32,000 nt of DNA. It comes from an uncultured bacterium (GTDB lineage: Bacteria > Auribacterota > JACPWU01). Positions 24,685 through 32,000 of the stretch are shown piece by piece. Below the pieces are notes generated by a model. The model was not told the origin of the DNA. It saw nothing but the letters and a program-made list of their open reading frames with translations, and searched no databases. Location: the NCBI GenBank assembly GCA_964640155.1, contig CAZXEQ010000006.1:129013-161012 (forward strand). The letters run 5' to 3'. The translations under genes and the position numbers were made by a program. Each line of letters begins with the position of its first letter. Positions within the stretch are counted from its first letter, which is position 1.

Positions 24685-27600
24685 ATGGGCTTACCCTCTT
24701 ATTCAGTTAGAAAACCTATTGGCTTAATCATGTTGTTCACGGCACTGACCCTTTTTGGTTTAGTGGCCTTTACAAAACTCCCCGTAGAACTCATGCCTAA
24801 TGCTAGCTATGACAAAATCACTATTCTGGTCAACATTCGTGGTGGAATGCCCCCTGTAGATGTTGAATTTCTAGTCACACGCCCTATTGAAGAAGCCCTT
24901 AGCACCGTCACCCATCTGGAAAGTATCGGATCTACCTCCAAAGAAGGAAAATCGACTGTTGTTTTGAGTTTTCCTCCAGGAACCGACATGGACTTTTCAT
25001 CTTTGGAAGTCAGAGAGAAATTTGCAAAAGTTAAAAACAAGCTTCCTCATGAATGTGAAAAACCTGTGATTGCTAAATATGAAGAATCTGACACCCCTGT
25101 GATGATCTTAGCCATTGCAAGTTTCGTGCACACGACTGAACAAATACGCGCCCTGGTGGAAGATCGCATTAAAGAGAGATTGATGCGAATTCGAGGTGTA
25201 GCAAATATCGAAATCGGTGGGGGCAAAGAAAGAAAAATCCTCGTTGAACTTGACCAAAAACGTATTCAAGCCCTTAACCTATCTGTTCAAAGAGTTGTTT
25301 CTGCCATATCTAAAAACAATCTCAATCTCATGGTAGGTAATGTTGCAAAAGATGAATATAAAATCCTTTTAAGAACCATTGGACAACTCCCCTCTCTTGA
25401 TGCCATCAAAGACATTCCTGTTATGAAAACAGACCAGCTTTCAATTGTTCGTTTAAAAGATATCTCTGAAGTAAAAGATTCTTTTTTAGAAGCAACCACT
25501 TATTCAAGAACCAATTCTAGAGAAGTTGTTTCCCTGTATGTTCAGAAAGAATCCACAGCAAATACAGTAAAAGTTTGTGAAAGCCTTCAAAAAGAAATGG
25601 ATGATGTAGCTAAATCTATTGGGAAAGATGTTCGTATTATTACAGTGAGTAACCAAGCCATCTTTATTGAGAGCGCCATTGAAACCGTCATGAAATCCCT
25701 GCGAGATGGAGGAATTCTCGCAATCATCGTACTTTTTTTCTTTTTAAGAGATTTTCGATCTACCATAGCCATTGTACTTTCAATGCCCCTTTCAATTGTC
25801 ATTACATTTGCTCTCATGTGGTTCAGTGGTTTAACAGTCAATGTTCAAACCTTGAGTGGACTTGCACTCGGAATCGGAATGTTAACTGATAACGCGGTGG
25901 TTGTTTTAGAAAATATTGATATTAGACGTTCTAAAGGGCAAAATCCCATTGATGCAGCTATTCAAGGAAGTCAGCAAGTGTTATTGGCCCTTGTCTCTTC
26001 AACAGCGACAACAGTCATTGTCTTTCTCCCCATCGTATTCATTAATAAACAAATTCAAATTCTCTATAAAGGACTTGCATTGACCGTTACTTATTCACTC
26101 GTAGCTTCTCTTTTAACCGCTTTATCAATTGTTCCTCTGATGGTTTCTAGAGGAACCTATAAAGCCAAAGTTAAGAAAAAAGCAAGAGCATCCATTCGAA
26201 AAGTGAAGAACCTTTATCGTAAAAGCCTTTTTTATGCAGTTCGATATCGTTATATCTGCGTAGGAGTGGTATTTTTTATCATGTACATGGCTTTTCTATA
26301 TATTGGAGGTTTAGAAAAAGAACTCCTTGCCTCTTCAGAAGAAGGAAAATTTACTGTCTTTGTCGAACTTCCATCAGGCGCTAAACTTGAACTCTCAGAT
26401 AAAGTTGTGAAACAAGTTGAAGAAATTCTTTCAAAAATGCCTGAAATTCAGACCGTTTCTTCCCGTGTAGAAGGATGGTCTTCTAAAGTTTATGTAGATC
26501 TTGTTCCCCCAGACAAACGTAATAAAAGCGTTGAAGACCTCATTGAAGAGCTACGTCCAAAATTTAAAAATTTAGGGGAAGCAGAAAGAGCCTTTGTCTA
26601 CTTTTCAGAGTCTAGAGGGGGTGGATCCAAAGAGATTCTTGTGGATGTATATGGTTTTGATTATGGAACTTTGAAAAAATTGGCTTCTGAAATTGCTGGG
26701 AAGATGGAGAAAATTCAAGGACTCACTGATCTTAAGTTGAGAATGAAAGAGGGTCGACCCGAATATGACATTGTGATTGATAAAAATAAGGCTGCTGTTC
26801 ATGGCATGTCTACACGCGATATCGCCGATGAACTTCATGCTCAAACCCGTGGGCTTGAAGCCACGCGATTTCATTCTGAAGGAGGAAAAGAAGTTGAGAC
26901 GATTGCACGCCTTCAGCAAAAAGATAGAGCTCACTTATCTGATATTCGAAAGCTTACACTGGTGACTCCACGTGGAGAACTATTAGAGCTCAAAGAGGTT
27001 GCTAATTTTAAAGAAGGCATTGCCCCAAGCGAGGTTTGGAGACTTAATAAAACTCGAATGATTCAGGTCAGTTCTAATTTACACAACATCGGTATGGAAA
27101 AGGCTGCTGCTTTAATTAAAGAAGAATTGAAATCAATGAAATTTCCAAAGGATTATTATTATCTTTTTGGTGGTGATTATGCCCGACAGGTTGAAAATCA
27201 GCAACAGCTAGCAGTTGCTCTTTTAATCACCCTTGTGCTGATTTATATGCTATTGGCTTCTCTCTTTGAGTCTTATTTTCAGCCCTTTATCATCATGAGT
27301 GCTATTCCCCTCTGTTCTATCGGTGTTGCTATCGCTCTAGGGATCACGCATACCACCATCAGCATGGGAGTAATGATTGGAACCATCATGCTTGGAGGAA
27401 TTGTGGTCAATCACTCTATTGTTATGGTGGACCATATCAACTTTGTTGTAAAACATGAAAATTATGGAAGATTTAGAGCCGTGATTAGCTCAGGAATCGA
27501 TCGCTTGCGTCCCATCATGATGACAGCAGCAACAACAGTATTGGGGCTTCTTCCAACGGCATGGGATAAAAGTCAGGGAGCAAGTCTTTGGAGCCCTCTT

Positions 27601-27765
27601 GCCATTACCGTCATTGGAGGTATTATCAGCTCAACGGTTATGACACTTTATATTGTTCCTAGTATTTTTACCATCTTTGGGGATTTCGGAAAAATATTCC
27701 GCAAAGCCCTAAGCATGCTTTTTCCAAACAAAGTAGTAGAAACACCTCTTACCAATAATACTTAA
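24685..27765 (+). CDS. RND efflux transporter (AcrB/AcrD/AcrF superfamily), paralogue 2
   Basis: 1026 aa, collinear with paralogue 1 (YSVRKPIGLIMLF.., RLRPIMMTAATTVLGLLPTAW). Separated from paralogue 1 by 113 nt. SD AAAGG. Confidence 0.92.
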   Translation: MGLPSYSVRKPIGLIMLFTALTLFGLVAFTKLPVELMPNASYDKITILVNIRGGMPPVDVEFLVTRPIEEALSTVTHLESIGSTSKEGKSTVVLSFPPGTDMDFSSLEVREKFAKVKNKLPHECEKPVIAKYEESDTPVMILAIASFVHTTEQIRALVEDRIKERLMRIRGVANIEIGGGKERKILVELDQKRIQALNLSVQRVVSAISKNNLNLMVGNVAKDEYKILLRTIGQLPSLDAIKDIPVMKTDQLSIVRLKDISEVKDSFLEATTYSRTNSREVVSLYVQKESTANTVKVCESLQKEMDDVAKSIGKDVRIITVSNQAIFIESAIETVMKSLRDGGILAIIVLFFFLRDFRSTIAIVLSMPLSIVITFALMWFSGLTVNVQTLSGLALGIGMLTDNAVVVLENIDIRRSKGQNPIDAAIQGSQQVLLALVSSTATTVIVFLPIVFINKQIQILYKGLALTVTYSLVASLLTALSIVPLMVSRGTYKAKVKKKARASIRKVKNLYRKSLFYAVRYRYICVGVVFFIMYMAFLYIGGLEKELLASSEEGKFTVFVELPSGAKLELSDKVVKQVEEILSKMPEIQTVSSRVEGWSSKVYVDLVPPDKRNKSVEDLIEELRPKFKNLGEAERAFVYFSESRGGGSKEILVDVYGFDYGTLKKLASEIAGKMEKIQGLTDLKLRMKEGRPEYDIVIDKNKAAVHGMSTRDIADELHAQTRGLEATRFHSEGGKEVETIARLQQKDRAHLSDIRKLTLVTPRGELLELKEVANFKEGIAPSEVWRLNKTRMIQVSSNLHNIGMEKAAALIKEELKSMKFPKDYYYLFGGDYARQVENQQQLAVALLITLVLIYMLLASLFESYFQPFIIMSAIPLCSIGVAIALGITHTTISMGVMIGTIMLGGIVVNHSIVMVDHINFVVKHENYGRFRAVISSGIDRLRPIMMTAATTVLGLLPTAWDKSQGASLWSPLAITVIGGIISSTVMTLYIVPSIFTIFGDFGKIFRKALSMLFPNKVVETPLTNNT

Positions 27766-27890
27766 ACTATATTCCTCTTTCGCTACATCAAAATCTATTT
27801 GCTTGTACCTCTTTCAGTCTGGGATATATAAAAATTTAACCACGATGAACATTGTGAGAATGGACAAATGTGAGGGGAATTGATTTACTT

Positions 27891-29189
27891 CTAAAGCGCG
27901 TTTTTAGGTATGATCTTTACTTCTTCTGAAGCATTTCTCATCAATCGAATTTCTTCAAACTCATCAAAGCGATACTTTTCTTGAAGAACATTTTGAATCA
28001 CTTCACGGGTTAGATCATAAAGCTGAGGAGGAAAACCTTCTTTTGAATGAGTCATTTCAAACTGGAATTGAAAGAAAGTCAATTTTTCATTCTTTTCGTC
28101 TTTCAAATAATGTCCTTTAATCGATTCAACTTTAAAGTCAAAAGGTTGAATATTATTTCTCTTATCCTCTGCAAGTTTTTCTAAATCATTCACCTTTCTC
28201 ACAATTCTCAAGGCAATTTGCCCTGCAATAAAATCAGGAAAGGTCACTTCATCTAAATGAAAATCATCTTCCACCCACTGATCAACATCCTGAAAACGAA
28301 GATAAGATTCTGGAAATGCTCTCTTGCGAAATTTTCCATTTTCATCACGGTAATCCAAAGGAATAACCTCTGTGATATTCGCATTAAAATTAGAGGCCCC
28401 CAACACAAACAAGTATTCATATACAAAACCTGAAGGAAATGTAATGTCTTCACTTACAGTTCCCGGTTTCATTTCATACGTTTCCCTTACCTGACAATAA
28501 ACAAGGGCTTTTTCATCGGGTAATGATTTCGTTTTGATATTAAGAATTTTATAATGAACCTTGTCTTTGAGTCTCATTTCAAGCACCATTCTTAAAAAAG
28601 AGAGAGAAAAATCGCTTGAGTCAGTGCTTTTCTTAAGATAATCAGTCAATAAATGGTGAGTATTACCTGTGGAAAGATTCGAAAAAAAGTTAAGGATAGA
28701 TCGCTTGGCTAATGGAGCAGGATTAAACCTAATTTTAAGCATCATCCGCTGCTCAAAATCATCTCTAGATATAGCAGAGGTCCAGAATTTTTTAATATCG
28801 AGGAGGTAACGGGTAGCAACGTATTCAACACCCGGAATAGCTTTATTAGCAATCACAAGCGTATAAAACTGAATAGGAGCATCCGTTGAAAGAGAAACTC
28901 TAGCTAAACTGAGTAGAACATTTCCCATGCGTTCTGAATCAATGTCACTCACACCACCAAAAAGCTTTTCAACCCTAACCCAAGCTCCTAGATTATTGCC
29001 AATAATTTTGCCTTGAACATCTTTGACTTTATATTCGTCCTGACAAACCTTCTTGATGGAATCGACAACTTTTTCTTTGGGGAAAGAGGCCTTACTACAA
29101 CTGCTGGCAAGAAAAAGAAGAAAAAAGGATAAAAGATAGAGACATCTATATCCCTCAAACCGTATAAAAGATTTTAGAAGCGAGCCCAC
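27891..29189 (-). CDS. Hypothetical lipoprotein or exported protein (432 aa)
   Basis: Signal peptide with the lipobox-like FLASSC. GTG start 6 nt after the FtsH-like stop, with GGAG 10 nt upstream. No family motif recognised. Confidence 0.65.
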   Translation of the reverse strand: MGSLLKSFIRFEGYRCLYLLSFFLLFLASSCSKASFPKEKVVDSIKKVCQDEYKVKDVQGKIIGNNLGAWVRVEKLFGGVSDIDSERMGNVLLSLARVSLSTDAPIQFYTLVIANKAIPGVEYVATRYLLDIKKFWTSAISRDDFEQRMMLKIRFNPAPLAKRSILNFFSNLSTGNTHHLLTDYLKKSTDSSDFSLSFLRMVLEMRLKDKVHYKILNIKTKSLPDEKALVYCQVRETYEMKPGTVSEDITFPSGFVYEYLFVLGASNFNANITEVIPLDYRDENGKFRKRAFPESYLRFQDVDQWVEDDFHLDEVTFPDFIAGQIALRIVRKVNDLEKLAEDKRNNIQPFDFKVESIKGHYLKDEKNEKLTFFQFQFEMTHSKEGFPPQLYDLTREVIQNVLQEKYRFDEFEEIRLMRNASEEVKIIPKNAL

Positions 29190-29195
29190 GATGCA

Positions 29196-30848
29196 TTACT
29201 CCATAGGATCAGGCCCTTGAATCAATGACGTCGTCTTAGGAGTAACTTGATGATCATAGCCATACTCCTTAAAAATAGCTTCGATATCATCATATTCAAG
29301 TTCTGTTCTTTCCAAAAGCTCCTTAGCAAATCGTTCTAGAATATGCTTTTCTTTTCTTAAAAGATCTTCTGCTTCCTTTAGACAAGCATTCAATATTTCT
29401 CGGGTATCTGCATTTAAATCATCTTTAATCTTATCCGAAATTTCTGTTTCAGGAATAACCGTGTAATCACCCACATACTCCTGTTTTCCCATTCCAAATT
29501 TCCACACCATAGAATGTGCAACATGCATTGCATTTCTAAAGTCAGAAGCAACTCCATTGGACGTAACACCATAGCGAATCTTTTCCCCTAAATAACCTCC
29601 TAAGGAAACTTTGATATCTGCCAACAATCCGTCTTTATTCTCCGTAAAATATTCTTCTCTGGGCTGATGATAAACAACACCTAACGTGGATTGTCGTGTT
29701 GCAATAGAGGCTTTAAAGACATCATCTGTAGGATGAAGAATATAAAGAACAATCAAGTGCCCTGCTTCGTGAAAAGCAACACGTTCCCTCTCATCCGAAG
29801 TCATTTCTCTTTTCAATTTAATACCCAAATCAATGCGTTCAATGGCCTCTGTTAAATCCTTGTAAGTCACCACCTCACGCTTATTTCGAGTCGCAATCAG
29901 AGCAGATTCTTTAATCACATTTTCAATTTCAGCAGGACTTTTTCCCACAGATTTTCTTGCCAATCGACCAATATCAATCGTTGGGTCATGCTTCACTTTA
30001 TCCATATAAAATCTAAAAAGTTTTTCTCTGCCCTTTAACCCTGGCTTTGAAATAAAAATTTTCCGATCAAAACGCCCTGGTCTTAAAAGGGCTTCGTCCA
30101 TAATCCCTTCAATAGCATTGGTCGCACCGATAACAACAACATTTCCTGCCCCTTCTAAGCCATCCAGTTCAATTAAGAGCTGGTTCAAGGTGCTATCTGT
30201 TTCCTGTCCTCCTCCAAATGAAAATGAACGTTTGCGACCGACGGCATCTAATTCATCAATAAAAATAATGCAACCACCTTCAGCATAAGCAAGTTTTTTT
30301 GCTTTAGCAAAGAGCTTACGAACTCGACTGGCTCCCACTCCCACAAAAATTTCCACAAATTCGCTTCCTGAAATCGACAAAAATGGAAGACCGGCTTCTG
30401 TCGCAATAGCTTTGGCTAACAATGTTTTTCCACAACCTGGAGGTCCAATCAACAACATTCCTCTTAAAATTTTTCCTCCGATTTGCTTTAGCTTCGTCCT
30501 ATCTTTAATCAATTGAACCATTTCCCAAGCTTCGTCTTTTGCTTCATCGATTCCGATGACTTGATCAAATTTAACATTCACAAAGTCTGCTTTAATCTTA
30601 TTACGTCTCATTTGATTAAAACCACTCATCATCATATTCATATAAATATAGGCGAAAATAAAAGCCTGCAAGAAAACTGACAAGATCGTGATGGGAAGAC
30701 CCGCCAAGGTTAGATTTCGATAAAAAGACTCCATCGTGTAAAGACCCCAAACTGATAGAGCTAAAAGAATAAGAATGGTGGAAGTGATAATAATTGGGAT
30801 TCGTGTGTTATAAACAAAAATCTTAAACTTTCTCCATAGTCTGTGCAT
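29196..30848 (-). CDS. FtsH-family AAA+ zinc metalloprotease, short form without a periplasmic domain
   Basis: 550 aa. Two N-terminal TMs separated by only about 10 residues. Walker A GPPGCGKT, pore loop FVGVGA, Walker B IIFIDELD, and the zinc motif HEAGH. SD AAGGAG. Confidence 0.9.
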   Translation of the reverse strand: MHRLWRKFKIFVYNTRIPIIITSTILILLALSVWGLYTMESFYRNLTLAGLPITILSVFLQAFIFAYIYMNMMMSGFNQMRRNKIKADFVNVKFDQVIGIDEAKDEAWEMVQLIKDRTKLKQIGGKILRGMLLIGPPGCGKTLLAKAIATEAGLPFLSISGSEFVEIFVGVGASRVRKLFAKAKKLAYAEGGCIIFIDELDAVGRKRSFSFGGGQETDSTLNQLLIELDGLEGAGNVVVIGATNAIEGIMDEALLRPGRFDRKIFISKPGLKGREKLFRFYMDKVKHDPTIDIGRLARKSVGKSPAEIENVIKESALIATRNKREVVTYKDLTEAIERIDLGIKLKREMTSDERERVAFHEAGHLIVLYILHPTDDVFKASIATRQSTLGVVYHQPREEYFTENKDGLLADIKVSLGGYLGEKIRYGVTSNGVASDFRNAMHVAHSMVWKFGMGKQEYVGDYTVIPETEISDKIKDDLNADTREILNACLKEAEDLLRKEKHILERFAKELLERTELEYDDIEAIFKEYGYDHQVTPKTTSLIQGPDPME

Positions 30849-30963
30849 ATACGCTCCTTAGTCAATATACCATGATAGCATGAGTTTTTGGGGTCCGTCA
30901 AATTTGACTATTTACTAAAACATATTTTCAGAGCAACTTATTCTCAAAATCTCTGTAAAGTCT

Positions 30964-31004
30964 GACAAAAATAAGGGGGGCTTCTTTTTGTGAAAGCCCC
31001 CCTT
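30964..31004 (-). terminator. Rho-independent terminator downstream of the 31033 gene
   Basis: Perfect 11-bp stem AAGGGGGGCTT (30973-83) / AAGCCCCCCTT (30994-31004) with a 10-nt loop. On the minus strand it is followed by AUUUUUG. Confidence 0.8.
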
Positions 31005-31032
31005 TCTAAAAAACTCAAAAGTGACCTAAATA

Positions 31033-32000
31033 CTATTTCAAATCTTCCATCTGAATATACAGTGTTTCTTCAATACCTGAATCTCGGTTGATTGCTTCCA
31101 CAGCAACTGCTTTCATGACTTTCAAAGATTCCAAGAAAGGGATCACATTTTCTTCGAGCATAGCATCTGTTTGAGCTCCACTTGCCTTCTGAAATTTCTG
31201 AGCCCATTTTGTGATTTGAATCACCAAATCCAATGTTCTCTCCATATTAACAAAACCTAGTTGATTCACCTTGGCATTGAAATTAGGTGTAGCATTCTTA
31301 AAACTTTGACTTTGAGCAACAGCTGATTTTCCACCTTTTACAACATCAATTAAGCTTTTTACTGTATCTTTGTTGATACCAATGATAAGGAAACCATTGG
31401 TGACAGCATAAGACGGATTCAATGTTTGAAAAGGTAATTGAACTTCTAAATAGTTAATTTCTACCCCTTGATACTCCTCTTTACCAAGACTCACTTGTGC
31501 CAAGGAAGGAGTCACAGGTGCAGCAGTAACTGTTTGTGTATCTGCGGTAGACTCTTCTGTAACAGCTGCTGAACCATCCGCATTAACAGATGAAGTCTCC
31601 CCTGACGAAGCACTCACGCCTGATGGAGCTGATTTTTTAACCACATAATCCATCAAAGTTTTCATCACACTGGAAATCTTTGCTTCATCTTTCACCTTCG
31701 CTAAAATGGCAACATGAGGGAAAGGGAAAAGTCCCGACATGTCTACATTTGTAATTGCAAAACAGACTTCATTATCTAAAGAAGCCAAAATATCGTTTTT
31801 AATACTAATATTTGCTTCTTTCTCAAAATTAGAGACTCCCTCTTGAATAATGGCTGCTTGATTTGCACCTTGAGTTTGCATACTCCCTTGCCATGCGTCC
31901 CAAATCTTTGAAAGCTCTAAGCCATTTGATGCAGTTAAAATCAAACTGCCATCGGGAAGAAAACTTAAAGACTCTGTTTCTTTGGGTCCTGATTCCCATC
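31033..32000 (-). CDS. Hypothetical exported protein with a Ser/Thr/Ala-rich linker, 5' end outside the window
   Basis: The ORF-track start (31944) is a TTG. The frame stays open upstream to base 32000 (..WESGPKETESLSFLPDGSLILTAS), so the gene is truncated by the window edge. I cannot assign a family with confidence. Confidence 0.6.
   Translation of the reverse strand, partial: WESGPKETESLSFLPDGSLILTASNGLELSKIWDAWQGSMQTQGANQAAIIQEGVSNFEKEANISIKNDILASLDNEVCFAITNVDMSGLFPFPHVAILAKVKDEAKISSVMKTLMDYVVKKSAPSGVSASSGETSSVNADGSAAVTEESTADTQTVTAAPVTPSLAQVSLGKEEYQGVEINYLEVQLPFQTLNPSYAVTNGFLIIGINKDTVKSLIDVVKGGKSAVAQSQSFKNATPNFNAKVNQLGFVNMERTLDLVIQITKWAQKFQKASGAQTDAMLEENVIPFLESLKVMKAVAVEAINRDSGIEETLYIQMEDLK

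Noticed and set aside
1-32000. Scan for tRNA/rRNA/tmRNA, CRISPR repeats, IS/transposase or integrase genes, long direct repeats bounding an island, and toxin-antitoxin pairs.
   Set aside because: Nothing was found by eye. No T-loop or anticodon-arm-like cloverleaf appears in any intergenic gap. There are no regularly spaced 25-40 nt repeats. No ORF carries DDE, tyrosine-recombinase or serine-recombinase motifs. A computational scan (tRNAscan-SE, Infernal, ISEScan) would be needed to be definitive.

Overview
This is an AT-rich bacterial chromosomal window (lines I spot-counted are about one-third G+C). The efflux operon with an outer-membrane factor and the lipoproteins point to a diderm organism. 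Coding is dense: 24 protein genes, two of them cut by the window edges. By eye I found no rRNA, tRNA, CRISPR array, transposase, integrase or phage genes.

Gene order, left to right:
- 1-3406 (minus): an overlap-coupled trio, histidine kinase -> ParB/Srx-fold protein -> metallophosphoesterase.
- 3593-4201 (plus): an exported or membrane-anchored double zinc-ribbon protein.
- 4219-7403 (minus): cysM-like PLP enzyme -> JAMM/MPN metalloprotease -> membrane-anchored HEAT-repeat protein -> corA. corA is preceded by a structured leader that sequesters its Shine-Dalgarno (SD) sequence.
- 7501-10376 (plus): an overlap-coupled cassette, B12-type radical SAM -> SplB/COG1533-type radical SAM -> PNP/UDP-family phosphorylase.
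- 10575-16170: class I fumarate hydratase, a VOC-fold protein that looks leaderless, an FAD-linked oxidase and chorismate synthase.
- 16281-17102 (minus): a tail-anchored protein followed by HU/IHF.
- 17329-27765 (plus): an efflux operon of about 10.4 kb, with a TPR-flanked TolC-like outer-membrane factor, a membrane fusion protein and two tandem RND paralogues.
- 27891-32000 (minus): a short FtsH-like protease coupled to a lipoprotein, then a partial exported protein.

The candidates for something undescribed are:
1. The receiver-less HK/ParB-Srx/phosphoesterase trio.
2. The two-radical-SAM plus phosphorylase cassette, which sits divergent from a sulfur-carrier-type cysM/JAMM pair.
3. Two GC-rich, highly structured islands in 3' intergenic regions (10421-10559 and 14886-15004) that share a 12-mer.
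4. Structured or repeat-bearing leaders in front of corA and fumA.

Everything here rests on reading the sequence and recalling family motifs. No database search was run.
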